Shown piece after piece: positions 24,930 through 38,881 of a DNA stretch of 64,000 nucleotides. The stretch is from Octopus sinensis. Its lineage: Eukaryota. Positions within the stretch are counted from its first letter, which is position 1; each line of letters opens with the position of its first letter. Made by a program: the position numbers and the translations under genes. The notes under the pieces were generated by a model. It searched no databases, was not told the origin of the DNA, and worked only from the letters and a program-made list of their open reading frames with translations. The DNA is taken from NCBI RefSeq assembly GCF_006345805.1, contig NC_043002.1:106516001-106580000 (forward strand). Direction: 5' to 3'.

Positions 24930-25217
24930 TATATATATATATATATATATATACAAGGAGAGAAATAAGATTTGAGAAGGGCATCCAATGATAAAAACCA
25001 TAGCAAAATAGACTTCACTAGTGCTGGTGCCATGTGAAAAGCACCCAGTCCAATCTGTAAAGTGGTTAGCATTAGGAAAGGCATCCAGCCATAAATGCCA
25101 TGCCAAAACAGACAGGAGGTTGGTACAGTCCTCTGGTTGCTAACTTCTTTCAAGCCATCCAACCCATGCCAGCATTGAAAACAGATGTTTCCAATAAATG
25201 ATAACAATCTCATTCAT

Positions 25218-25675
25218 GGATGCATGCATACATACATCTTCTGTCAAATGTAAGCATAACAGGCCAGATATTGTTGGTTGGGACAGAGGGGCAAAGGTAT
25301 GTACCATCATAGAGGTTAGCTGCCCTGCAGATATAAATATCTCTTTGAAAATCAATGAAATGGAATATATCTATGGATAACTGCTTCGAAACCTTCAACT
25401 TCTATATCCAGACTATGAATTCATATTCATACCAATAACAATTGGAGCATTAGGTTTTGTTAGTAAATGCTTAAAGGAGAATGTGGGTAAACTGGGATTT
25501 TCAGAAAGAGAAATCGACCGGCTAATTTGTACATTAGAAGTGCAATCTGTGAGTGGAACAGTAAAGATATGCAAGACTTTCCTCAAGTTCCAAATGAGAA
25601 TTTGTCTGTATTAATTATATCTCAAAGATGGAGCCTTGTATCTTTGTTGGAAACTGGCTCCCGCCTCAGTGGAAG
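25218..25675 (+). mobile_element. 3' fragment of the same RLE-type LINE, copy 2
   Basis: Nearly identical to 20341-20741 (KCKHNRPDIVGWDRGAKVCTIIEVSCPADIN), with the same 3'UTR. Confidence 0.82.
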
Positions 25676-27112
25676 ATTTATAATGATTAAAAAATAGAAG
25701 ACACATACATTCATACACAATAGAATTATTTTTGGCTACTATAAGCCAGAAAGAGTCAAGAAAGAAACCCACATAAAAAAAAAAGGTCAGCACTCAAATG
25801 AAGGGAAAACCCTGAAAACTAAAAAAATGAACAAATCAAAGACATCCAACAGCAACAGTGACAAGAAGAACAACAACAAATAAAATCAGTTTCTGCATGT
25901 TTAAATGCAATAAGTTTCAAGTAATTCTAAATAGGTGTGGCTGGTGGTTAGATATAACAAAGAAGTTAATTCACACAGTACGACACAGTAGTTGTTGTTT
26001 TTTATATTTTTTTTTATTTTCTTTACCATTATCTGAAATGCAACATAGTAAGTAATTGTCAATAAACATGATTTGAAGCTCACTAGGGAAACTATGTAGA
26101 ATGGCTACAGCACAATTACATACTGTACAAAGCTTGAATACACTATAAATAAGACAATCTTTCTTTGGACATTTTTCTCTGATGAAGGTCTAAGAAGCCT
26201 TGAAACTAGTCACTTTTTTCTGCAGTAACCACTTGGGTTTTTTTTCAGTGAGAAGTTGAATTGAAGTTTCTTTTCTCTTATTTTTTATTTTTTTTTAAAA
26301 AGGTGTACTTTATATCTCAAACAGAGCAATGGTATTTCAATACTAACCTAGTACCTACCAAAATTTACTCGATTTTTAAAAAAATTTTAGAATAAATTAA
26401 CAAACATACCACATCAGAGAGAGAGGGAGAGGGAGGGAGGGATGGGGATTGGTTTACATAGTGATATAGATGGAATTGAGCTGACTGGTAGAAATAAGAG
26501 TAATTAAGAGAAAAAGTAATTATGTAATAGAGAAGGAGAAAAGGTAAATGAGTGGATATAAGGTCAAGTAGTAAGTTGAACTCCCTCAGTTCGTCTCTCT
26601 CCTACCTAGTCACTCTTTCACTCACACACTACTTAACCATTTTTCTGTCACACTCACTAGCTATCTACCTTATACACTACCTACCTAGATACCTGTCTTA
26701 ATATGTTATTAACTTAATTACAATTAAGGCTGTGAGTAACTGCAAATTTTCATTCAAATATTGACTTCTGAAATATGACACAAAGATTATCAATTCTACT
26801 TTATCACTAGAAAAAAAAAAGGTTAATTATGAAATTACAATAACAAAACATTAACGGAACTATGACAATATAACAGAATATTCCAGAAGTTTAGCTCCTC
26901 TCTCTCTCCCTATATATATATATCATCATCATCATCGTTTAACGTCCATTCTCCATGCTAGCATGGGTTGGACGGTTTGACCAGGGATCTGGGAAGCCAG
27001 AAGGCTGCACCAGGCTCCAGTCTTTTCTGGCAATGTTTCTACAGCTGGATGCCCTTCCTAACGCCAACCACTCCGTGAGTGTAGTGGGTGCTTTTTACGT
27101 GCCACCTGCATA

Positions 27113-27162
<50 letters not shown>

Positions 27163-27828
27163 TACATTCAAACATATAAAGCCCTAAATAATAGTAGCAA
27201 GCTCTGCTCGAAACGTGAAATTCTCTTTCTTTTCTTTCATATATACACACACAAACACACACAATGTCAGAAGAAGAGTAATGTGTTTGATAAAATTTCA
27301 ACAAAGTTAAAATGAATAGGTCCAGTTGCACCCTCGCTTTTGCCCATAAAAGATTTTTTAAAACAGTTTTTATATTGTAGGTGTGTGTAAACACACACAC
27401 ACAATATATACGACGGGCTTCTTTCAGCTTCCATCTACCAAATCCACTCACAAGGCTTTGGTCAGCCCTAAGCTATAGAAGAAAACACTTGCCCAAAGTA
27501 CCACGCAGTGGGACTGAACCAGGAACCACATGGTTAGTAAGCAAGCTACTTACCACACAGTCACTCACACACACACACACACACACACATGACCTTCGAT
27601 ACATGGAGTAGATGAAACAAAGGCGACTGAAGAAGGGGAATTTTCCTGGTGTTATTTGTCCTGTACTCTATTTTTTCGTTGTTTAACAAAATGTCCATTT
27701 CCTTGGTTTTATGTTTATGTTTTCGTTTCTCATTGTGTTCGACGTTTTTTTGGTGTCCTGTACCCATATATGCGTGTATATATACATGTAGAGGTAGGTA
27801 CGTACATATATGTATGTATATATGCATA

Positions 27829-27884
<56 letters not shown>

Positions 27885-28913
27885 ATACACACACACATAT
27901 ACATGCACATATATACACACACATACACACACACACAAATATATACCCACATATATGCATATGTATGTACACACATTAAGTATATACATACAAGTTAACA
28001 GGTGATGCCGCACTATTGTTGAAGCTAAGAAAAACGCAACCCAGCACACACTGTAAAGTGGTTGATGTTACGAAGGGCATCAAGTCATAGAAACCAGGCC
28101 AAAGCAGACGTTGGAGCATGACACAGTGTCCTGACTTGTTAGATCCTGTCAAATCAACCCACCCATACCAGCACCGAAGCTTCACATTAAATGATTTTTT
28201 TATAGACACGCACACACACATGCACACTGCAACACATTGAAACTTCTTAAACAAGTTTCGAATGAAAGCAGATGACTGTGCAATTTACAAACAATAGTTC
28301 TCGGTTAATTCAAGCATTACTCGCACCAGACACAAGAAACAAACACACACGAGGGGAGGGTGGTGATAATACATGAGAAAAAGGTGGGGCTCACACATGT
28401 GTGCCAAGTGCCCAACCAATCTGAAAATAGGCAAATCAGTAAGAGTGCCTCTATGAGGTTGGTCAAACTGCTGAAAGTGGCAACTAAAGATTTGGCATAC
28501 TAACACCCAGCTGTGTCTTAATAAACAAAGCACAGGCAGGAGTGGCTGTGTGGTAAGTAGCTTGCTTACCAACCACATGGTTCTGGGTTCATTCCCACTG
28601 GGTGGCACCTTGGGCAAGGGTCTTCTAATGTAGCCTTATTTCGAAATAAGACAGGACAGCCTTTGATCATAGGTCTGTTGGATAAGGGTAAACCTGGTAC
28701 TGAACAACAACAAGGAAGGACTTGTTAAATAATGTAGTCTAAGATATACAATCCTGCAAGGGACCAGCTCCATCCAGGAGTGTCACCAACACTATAGAAT
28801 CCAGGCTAAGCTTTATAGGTCTTAGGGCTCATGAAAGAAAGAGAAGAGATACACAATATCTAAAAACACTTGGAACACTTATGGTTGAAATATCTTTGCT
28901 CAATCAGGACAGA

Positions 28914-30132
28914 CATGGGTCGGATAAAATAATGGAAACACCTAGCATCATAATTTTGAAATATTTATAAAACTGTCAAAAGCTTGTTTGTTTCTATATT
29001 GTTTGATTTATTATTAGTGTTGCTTAATATGTTCTGCTAAAATTGCTGTTTCTTTTCAGATATCATCAGAAAAAGGTAACTAAGATTCATTAAAATGACA
29101 GATCTATCAGACTTTCAAGGTCAAATTGTTGGTGCTTGTCTGGCAAGCGCTAGCGTAACAAAAACAGCCAAAATGTTTGGTGTATCAAGAAGTACTGTCT
29201 CGAAAATAATGACAGCCTTTGAGAAAGAGAGAAAAACCTCCTAGTTGAAACAAAACTCCGGAAGAAAACCAAAACTTTCAGATAGGGACAAATTATTAGA
29301 AAGGATCACAAAAGTACAGCTCCCAAAATTACTGCAGAGCTTAATGACAACCTAGAGAACCCAGTTTCCACAAAAACTGTTCGCTGGGAGCTGCACAAAG
29401 CTGGGTTTCACAGGAGGGTTGCAATCAGAAAACACTACTTTCAAAAACAAACGTTGCAAAGCATTTAGAGTGGAGTAGAAATCTACAGAATTGGTCCCTA
29501 GAGCAGTGGAAGAATGTTATTTTCTCGAACGAGTCATCATTTACCTTATTTCTGACCACGAGCTGAGTATACGTGTGGAGACAGCCAAAAGAAGCATCTG
29601 ACCCAGACTACCTTCCTCCAACTGTTAAACATGGAGGAGGATTTGTGATGATCTTAGGGACTTTATCTTGGAAATCTGCCAGCCCAATGGTTTCCCTTCA
29701 TGGCAGAATTAATAGTCAAGACTATTAAAGCATTTTATCTGATCAAATTCATCCTATGGTTGCGGAACTGCAATCTTTCAGGATGATAATGCACCAATTC
29801 ACACAGTTACTGAATGGCACGAGGAACATTCTAGTGAAGTTAAACATCTTATCTGGCCACCACAGTCCCCATTTCTCAATATTATTTAACATTTATGGTG
29901 CATTTTAGAAAAATAAGTAAGGAGTCGATATCCTCCACCATCATCACTACAAGAACTGGAGACTATTTTAGCTGAAGAATGGACAAAAATTCCTTTGGAA
30001 ACAATTCAAACTTTGTACAAGTCTATACCTTGTAGAATTCCAGCTGTAATTACAGCCAAAGGCAGTCCTACCCCATATTAAAATAAATTTGTTTGAAATT
30101 TTAAGGTGTTTCCATTATTTTGTCCAACCCAT
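28914..30132 (+). mobile_element. Near full-length Tc1-family DNA transposon with defective DD34E-type transposase
   Basis: ~30-bp TIRs catgggtcggataaaataatggaaacacct / aggtgtttccattattttgtccaacccatg. The disrupted ORF contains FSDESSF, KHGGG, FQDDNAPIH and WPPQSP. Confidence 0.92.
29095..30081 (+). pseudogene. Tc1 transposase pseudogene
   Basis: ATG at 29095 (MTDLSDFQ...), ends GSPTPY-TAA at 30081. Internal stops and frameshifts explain its absence from the ORF track. Confidence 0.88.
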
Positions 30133-30454
30133 GCACTACAGTGACTTTTCTGTCACGCCACTCCTTTCATGCCCACCTACAAATAACTCTATGCTCTCCT
30201 GTTTATTACCTTTATTGTTATTGTAGCTATCATTATTGCTGTTGTACATGTTATTGTCATCAAACGAATTAGAAAAGAAAAGAGTGACATAGCTCTCTTA
30301 GCTTTCACCTTACAAAAGATTTATTGTATTGGGCAAATTTTTAAAGGTTTTTGTTATGCATTTCACATCTCATGAAGTATAAATTCAGTTTATATATTTA
30401 TACAAGATTTTATACAAATGTCTCTCATATTTCATATGCAATTTAGATTAAAAA

Positions 30455-30915
30455 TCATCATCATCATTGTTGTTTAACGTCCGCTTTCCATGCTAGCATA
30501 GGTTGGACGATTTGACTGAGGACTGAACTAGATGGCTGCACTAGGCTCCAATCTTGATTTGGCAGAGTTTCTACAGCTGGATGCCCTTCCTAACGCCAAC
30601 CACTCTGAGAGTGTAGTGGGTGCTTTTTACGTACCACTGGCATGGGGGCCAGTCAGGTGGTACTAGCAACGGCCATGCTCAAATGGTGTTTTTTTTACGT
30701 GCCACCTGCACAGGAGCCAGTCCAGCGGCACTGGCAACGACTTCGCTCAAATGTTTTTTGACGTGCCACCGGTACAAGTGCCAGTAAAGCAACTCTTGTA
30801 ATGATCATGCTCGAATGGTGCTTTTCATGTGCCACCGGCACGGAAGCCATTTAGCCGCTCTGGCAACGATCATGCTCGGATGGTGCTCTTAGTATTCCAC
30901 TAGCACGGATGCCAG
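30455..30915 (-). mobile_element. Family D element with about 4-5 internal tandem units
   Basis: (cat)n cgtttaacgtccgctttccatgctagc end and repeated tttacgtgccacc units. Similar copies at 775-1262, 26925-27110, 42137-42335, 47738-47995, 51263-51495 and 52144-52440. Confidence 0.8.
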
Positions 30916-31471
30916 TCATTGAATTTATGGAACAAAAACACAATAGAGGGCATTAAAACATTAACACGTTCAGACAGATAGACGATACAAATGCAGACAA
31001 GAGAAACCACAATTAGAATGACAAGCAAAAAAAGATGGGTCATTCTTGGCTTTCTTTCATCAGACAAGTACCAAAAGTCACAACCATTTCGGACAGTTAC
31101 ACTTGAGATGGTTCGATCTGGCTGTCCCCAAAAAAGTCTAAGCTAAGAGCATTAGACCCCTTTGTAAGAAAGCTAGTGAATGTGTACAGCAACAAAGACG
31201 AAAAAATCAAAACAAACAAAATGATGATGATGATGATGATGATGATGACAGACACAAAGTGAAGACAGATTTCTATTTTCAATAGATTATATTTCCTGAA
31301 ACGTAATTATTCACAAATGAAAGAAGGGTGTAGAAGAAATTGAGAGGAAAAACATGATCAACAAACCAATGTAAGTTATGTAAGGAGAAAAGATGAAGCT
31401 GTTCATTATCTGCTGTCTGGATGTCAAATATAAGCTAGAGGAATGATTGTGTCAAATGGCATAGCAATATA

Positions 31472-32371
31472 CGTAGTCTGATCAATAAGTATCCGGACTG
31501 TTACCATAGTAATGAAGCTAAATCATGCAGAGTGAAGCTGCTTGGTACAGATTGACTTTGAACTCTGCTGTGCATGTGCACTAAGTTTTAACATCCTAGC
31601 TCACTTCCACTATTTACAACAATGCTTGGAAGGAAGGTGTGTAGTGTGTTGATTGATGCATTGACCATGACAGAGAAAGTTGAGCAGAGACTCTGCATCA
31701 AATTTTACTAAAAGCTTGGTGATACCTGCTCAAAGGCCTATGCAAAGTTTCCAAAAATTTTTCATCCTTCTCGACAGAATCAAAGAGATCTTGTGCAATG
31801 GAAACCTGAGTTCTTTTTTTGGTCAGCTGAAAGCAGTTTTGGCATAAACTTGGCAGACACATGTCTCATACCAAAATCTTCAGTGATAATGGACTGAACT
31901 GAACCCTAGCTAATCTGCACCTCCTCTGGTAACTCACGGATGGTGATTTGATGATTTCCTCTCACAGCTGCATACACATCTGCAATGTTTTTTTCTCAGT
32001 TCTGCTGGTTGCGGGTCTCCCCAAACGTTCATCACTACTGACATTTCTTCGGCCATCTTAGAAACGTCTAAACCACTCATACACTTGTGTGCCCCCTCAT
32101 ATACTCTTCTCCAAACACTTTCTGCAGCTTTGCGTAGGCCTCTGAGCAATTATTGCCATGACAACTTTCTCTGTCATGGTCAATGAAATAATCACACGCT
32201 ACACACCTTCATTCCAAGCATTGCTTTAAACAGCAGAAGTGAGCTAGAACATTAAAACTGAGTGCACGTGCACTGCAGAGGTCAAGGTCAACCTGTGCCA
32301 AGTGGTTTCACACTGAGTGCTTTAGCTTCGTTACTATCACAACAGTCCGGATACTTATTGATCAGACCTCA
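31472..32371. mobile_element. Rearranged mariner made of two 5' halves in inverted orientation
   Basis: TA-flanked TIRs (gtctgatcaataagtatccggactg). The plus arm gives the 5'UTR and MTEKVEQRLCIKF. The minus arm gives the same 5'UTR and frameshifted HTH/linker sequence (…MRHVSAKFMPKLLS…). No catalytic domain seen. Confidence 0.82.
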
Positions 32372-33294
32372 TATACATAGAGAGAGGAATGACTATGTTA
32401 AATGCCTTGGTAATCAACTGATGTAGAGGAATGATTACCAAATATGATGCCATCTAAAACACACTTTTGTCTCACCAAAAAAATTACCCCCAGGTGGTCA
32501 TATTTAGAGTTTGGGAGAGACCACACTGTTGTAATAAGAGGGGTTATGGTCAAAGGAGTATAAATGGGGCCAATTATGAAAATAAGGGCGACCACACAGA
32601 AGTATAAGGGCCCAACATGAGATTAAGAAGGGTACATTGGTATGTAACAAACCACACTGAAGTATAGAAGAGACAATATAAAATACATGAGGGGTCTATT
32701 TTGAAGTATGAGAAGAATAATATCAAATATGGACAGTCTGCCCTAGAATACAGAGGGTGCAGAGAAACCCGTGCTAGAGTATAAATTAAAAATAGTTGAA
32801 ATTTCAAATACTGTAATCATGATTATACATCTACTGGGATGCCATCTATGTTAAACTTCAAAGAACATCTAACATGTATTATTGATATGGCCTATCCCAG
32901 TGAGAGAGAAGCATTTATTAAAAGCAACAAGAAAAACTAGGACACTACCAATAGTTAAACTTTAAAATATGCAAAAGGAAAAAAGATGGTACAATGTGAA
33001 TGTAGTGACATCTACTCTTTGTTGTTCAGGTGGAGAAATGACTGTGAGTGACAGTTGGAAGTTGAAAGACATGTGAGTGGCCAAAGAGGTGTGTGTATAC
33101 AGTGAATGGAATGTGTAAAGAAATGTGAACAGTTGAAGGGTGTGTGTGTGTGGACACATCAACACACACACACACACACACATACAAACAAACATAGACA
33201 TGAGTAGATAAGGAAGTATATATAAAGATATGAATAGTTGCCAACCAAAGATCTGTGGGTGGGTTTGGTGAATAGAACTCAAAAGAAGCTTTGC

Positions 33295-33327
<33 letters not shown>

Positions 33328-33332
33328 TAAAA

Positions 33333-33503
33333 GGCGCAGGAGTGGCTGTGTGGTAAGTAGCTTGTTTACTAATCACATGCTTCCGGGTTCAGTCCCACTG
33401 CGTGGCACCTTGGGCAAGTGTCTTCTACTATAGCCTCGGGCCCACCAAAGCCTTGTAAGTGGATTTGGTAGACGGAAACTGAAAGAAGCCTGTCGTATAT
33501 ATG

Positions 33504-33538
<35 letters not shown>

Positions 33539-33745
33539 TTGTGTGTCTGTGTTTGTCCCCTAGCATTGCTTGACAACCGATGCTGGTGTGTTTATGTCCC
33601 CGTTACTTAGCGGTTCGGCAAAAGAGACTGATAGAATAAGTACTGGGCTTACAAAAGAATAAGTCCCGGGGTCGAGTTGCTCAATTAAAGGCGGTGCTCC
33701 AACATGGCTGCAGTCAAATGACTGAAACAAGTAAAAGAGAATAAA
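33333..33745 (+). mobile_element. tRNA-derived SINE family B, full length with internal (TA)n/(TG)n
   Basis: ggcgcaggagtggctgtgtggtaag head, GGTTCAGTCCC B-box, central microsatellite, tail ending gactgaaacaagtaaaaga. Confidence 0.88.
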
Positions 33746-36614
33746 AGAGAAAAAAAGCCTATATTAAGAAGAAACCATGTAATGAGAGACCATCGACTGG
33801 GACTAAGGACATGAATCACCATTGTGTGGACAAAGTGGTTCATGTGGATAGAGAAGTCACGTTCCAGGAGATTGCTGCTGCCTAGCTGGACTATGGTCAC
33901 AATGCATTACTGGTGTTAGAAGATTTTTAGATATTGTGAAGTGGGTACAAAGAGGATACCCCTGCAGTTGACACTCAATTTGAAGAAGAGAAGGGGCAAT
34001 GATGATTTATATCATCATCATCATCATCCTCATTTAACGTCCGCTTTCCATGCTAGCATGGGTGGACGGTTCAACTGGAGTCTGGGGAGCCTGAAGGCTG
34101 CACCAGGCCAGTCAGATCTAATCTTTCATTTCTCCTTTGTGTTAACCACTTTTATCTGTTTTGCAGCCCCACAGCTTTCTTTTGTTGTATATGTATTATT
34201 ATTATTATTATTATTATTAATTGTTGTCTCTATCTGGCCCTAAGCCTTTATTCTGTTCATTGTTTTGTCCCTTGTCTGTCCACTAACAGTCTTGTCTCGT
34301 TTCATTATGTTTTGGTCCCATTCCCAGCAAGTTTCTTGCGGGGGGGTGCCTTCAGTTTTTTTTTTGTTTTTTGTTTCTAATTACAACTTCCTACCGCCAA
34401 CCACTTTACAAAGTGAACAGTGAGGTTGCCAACTACTTATATTCCCAAAATTCAGTTTATGAAGAAAACCCCCAAATTACAGAAAACCTAATTCTATAAG
34501 CCGTGGGCATAGTTTTGTGTGTGTGTGTGAGTTACAGTGAGTTGTCCAATATGCATATCAATGAAAACAGTGTCACACTTTCGATGACTTTTTCAAAACC
34601 TGATGACACTGTAGTAATTATATGTATATCACCAGGGCCACACTGCCCCCAACCAAGCCATCCACACTAGTGTATATCTACGTGTACAGTGTACATGTGC
34701 AGTTATAAACTTAAGCGTGTTGCTGGAAAATAGTTGTTTGTGGAAAAGCTGCTTTAGCTCCCCCTCTCACCCTCATACTTGCTCCTTCTCTCTTTCCCTC
34801 GTCTCGAGCTAATCGACTTTTTTCATTTTCCACATGAAACGGAAAATAAGGCTGGAGAAGAAATGCCTGTCGCAAAGTGTGTATCGTAAAAGATGGAAGT
34901 CTATAGCAAGTATGTTGCGTGTGAAAGAACCTGTTTAATCAAGAATGTGAAAAAGGAGAAAGCAAAGTCTTCAGTGTGAGTATGTGGTTTGTGGAGTCAA
35001 CCACGTCCTCCGCTTCATTTTTTGCTATTCACTCATTCTCATTTAATTGTATATATTTCAATTGTTTATTCTAGTCTCATTCGATACCCTGACCCCAACG
35101 TTTGTTTTGTCCCCTCTTTTTCTCAACCTTATGGTGCATAAAGAAATATTCTCTCTCTCTCTCTCTCTTTTTCTCTCTCACGCACACTCCCAACAAGACT
35201 GACATAGTTTGAGATAAAAAATTTTTTTTTTAAAAACACCCATATGGAGCTCTAGAGGTCAAAGTGTACAGTATGATGTGAACATTTCATTGACAATCAG
35301 TTAGGATTCTGCTGTTCCCAGATAATCAATTTACGTTTGCATACATAATCATTGACTGGCTGTCTGGTTAAGAAGGTCACTTTACAATTATATGGTCTCA
35401 GGTTCAATTCACTGCATGGCATCTTGGGCAAGTATCTTCTATTATAGCCCTGGGCCAACCAATACTTTGTGAGGGAATTTGGTTGATAGAAATTGTGTGG
35501 AAGCCCATTGCATGAGTCACACAGAATTCGTTGGAGCAGATTTTGTATGACTGGATGCCCTCCCTGTCACCAACCCTAATCTGTTTCCAAGCAAGGTAAT
35601 ATTTCCCCAGACCAAACATGTTTTCATGGATGATTGCAAACAAAGGACACTGCTTACATGACAGTGACTCTTGTTTACAACTATTGCATGGTATCAAAGC
35701 AAGGAGACAGTAACACACACACATACTTAAGCATGCATATCTGTCTATCTATCTATCTATCTAAACAGACAGACAGACAGACACAGACACACACACCTGT
35801 TTTTTTTTTGGGGGGGGGGGTCTATCTGCCAAATCCATTCAGCAGGCTTTGGTTAGCCTGAGGCTAACGTAGAAGACACATGCATAATATGTCACAAGGC
35901 AGGACTGGACCTGGAACCATATGGTTGGCAAACAAGCTTCTTACCACACAGCCATGCCTGTGCCTTCTTAGTGTTGGTTTGTTTATGTCCTTGTAAATTA
36001 GTGGATCACCAAAGGATAACAACAGAATAAGCATCATGACTTAATTTTAACAAAAGTGCTGGGGGGTCATTTTGTTTGACAAAACCCTTCAAGATGGTGC
36101 CCCAGCATGGCCAGCATCCAATAACTGAAGCAAGTAAAAGGTAAAAGAGAGTCACCTGTAAGCAGATATTCATTCCCTCTCCTCTCTCTAAACAGCTTAT
36201 TCTGAGGGGGAAGGGTGGCACACATGCTCCTTTACAGAGCACCCAAGATAAAATGATGAAGGAGATGAAACTGTCCTTCAATACTTCTAACAAAGTGAAT
36301 TCCAATAAAGGTAACCAGTAGTTGGCCAGATGATGCTAAACTGGACAATGACATTGAGATACAAGAACCTGAAAATCCTTGGCTTTTCACACAAACAAAA
36401 GACCATCCATTTTGTGCTCTGCAAACTCTATAAGTGGAACAGTGAAAATATTTGAGACTTTTGTTTTTTGAAGTTCAACACAAAACTCTTTCCTGTTTTG
36501 GCTTAAATTCCAGCAATGAAGTTTTTTTTGTTAGTTTGTTAGGAACCTGCTCTTTCTTTACAGAAATATTTCAAATAAATTTGTGAAAAGAGATACATAC
36601 ATACATACATACAT

Positions 36615-36653
<39 letters not shown>

Positions 36654-36905
36654 CACCTTACAACTTCTTTGTAGACAATCTGAACCTGTTGACTGACATG
36701 CTAGAAACAACAGTCAAATCTCCATCAGATCACATCATAATGTCGTTTATAAATAAAACAAAAAAATTAATTCAGTGCTGAATATATACAAAAAGGCAGG
36801 ATGGCCAAGGCAAGAATGTCTCTGATCCTAAGTCTACTTAATCAGGGTTGACCTAGGGCTAAACAGCAACATACATATAAATATTTGTATATAATCATAC
36901 AAATA

Positions 36906-36948
<43 letters not shown>

Positions 36949-37350
36949 TACCCCCCCCCCCCAACTCCGGCTCTACCTCACATGACCCAGTTCACTGTCT
37001 GACCAGAAAACTGCTTGAAAACAGGATCTTCCAGTATAAGAGAAGATTTAGGGAAATATTTAGGACACACAGATATATACACACACTTGGGATAGCACAT
37101 ACACATACAAAGACAAATATGTATACATACATACATACATACATACATACATACGCACACATCATCGGTTAATGTCAGCCTTCCATGCTAACATGGGTAT
37201 ATACATATATAAACATATATACACATATATGCACATGTACATATATATACACATACACATGTACATATATATACACATACACATGTACATATATATACAC
37301 ATACACATGTACATATATATATATACACACACACACCACACACACACACA

Positions 37351-37712
37351 CATTTTTCTTTTGAAATATACTGTTACTCTCCCCCTTTCTCTTCTCGTTT
37401 ACACACACTCGCATACAGATACTCTTCCGAACAGCAACACATACATACATACATACAAAACAGTAGATTTCTTCACATACAAGATGTGCAAAAAGGGTTC
37501 ACACACATGCACACACGTGAACGTAAGTGTCGTTGGTCTCCATCATGAGGAAGTCAACTTCACAACCATGCGATTCCCGGTTCAATCTCACTGCACAGCT
37601 CTGTGGGTAAATATCTTCAGCAATGGCTTTCACCTTGAGTAACACCTTGTGAACAGAATCTGAGAGAAACTATGCAGAAGCTACCATGTTGTTTGTGAGT
37701 GTGTGTGTGTGT

Positions 37713-37753
<41 letters not shown>

Positions 37754-38006
37754 ATATTAACAACAAGCTAAAGCAAAACACAATGTTATTGCTTACACTT
37801 TAGGTCCAGTAACTTAGCAGTTTGATAGCGAGATCAATAAAATAAGTACAAGGCTGAAATAAACCCCCTGGGTTCTAAATGACAGACTAAGATCTTGAAG
37901 GCATTGCTCCAGCATGGCCACACTTCACTCAATCTTTATCGCTAGGCATCAAATACCCCCCCCTCTGCCACACACAAACACAAGCTCTCTTTCCCTCTCT
38001 TTACAA

Positions 38007-38047
<41 letters not shown>

Positions 38048-38438
38048 TGTCTGCCTATACAAAATCATTCACTCACACACACCACACACACACACACATT
38101 TTTCTTTTTGAAATATACTGTTACTCTCCCCCTTTCTCTTCTCGTTTACACACACTCGCATACAGATACTCTTCCGAACAGCAACACATACATACATACA
38201 TACAAAACAGTAGATTTCTTCACATACAAGATGTGCAAAAAGGGTTCACACACATGCACACACGTGAACGTAAGTGTCGTTGTCTCCATCATGAGGAAGT
38301 CAACTTCACAACCATGCGATTCCCGGTTCAATCTCACTGCACAGCTCTGTGGGTAAATATCTTCAGCAATGGCTTCACCTTGAGTAACACCTTGTGAACA
38401 GAATCTGAGAGAAACTATGCAGAAGCTACCATGTTGTT

Positions 38439-38480
<42 letters not shown>

Positions 38481-38498
38481 TGTGTGTGTGTGTGTGTG

Positions 38499-38530
<32 letters not shown>

Positions 38531-38788
38531 ATATTAACAACAAGCTAAAGCAAAACACAATGTTATTGCTTACACTTTAGGTCCAGTAACTTAGCAGTTT
38601 GATAGCGAGATCAATAAAATAAGTACAAGGCTGAAATAAACCCCCTGGGTTCTAAATGACAGACTAAGATCCTTGAAGGCATTGCTCCAGCATGGCCACA
38701 CTTCACTCAATCTTTATCGCTAGGCATCAAAATACCCCCACCCTCTGCCACACACAAACACAAGCTCTCTTTCCCTCTCTTTACAAAT

Positions 38789-38819
<31 letters not shown>

Positions 38820-38843
38820 TGTCTGCCTATACAAAATCATTCA

Positions 38844-38845
<2 letters not shown>
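37351..38845 (+). repeat. ~746-bp tandem duplication bounded by (CA)n tracts
   Basis: Two near-identical copies (37351-38096 and 38097-38845). Confidence 0.93.

Positions 38846-38881
<36 letters not shown>

Noticed and set aside
26175-26215. CTGATGA…GAAAC-TA-GTC motif
   Set aside because: Stem I strands do not pair and stem II is out of register. At best a fossil.
27622-27650. CTGAAGA-AGGGGAA repeat fragment
   Set aside because: No GAAAC or cleavage triplet follows; incomplete.
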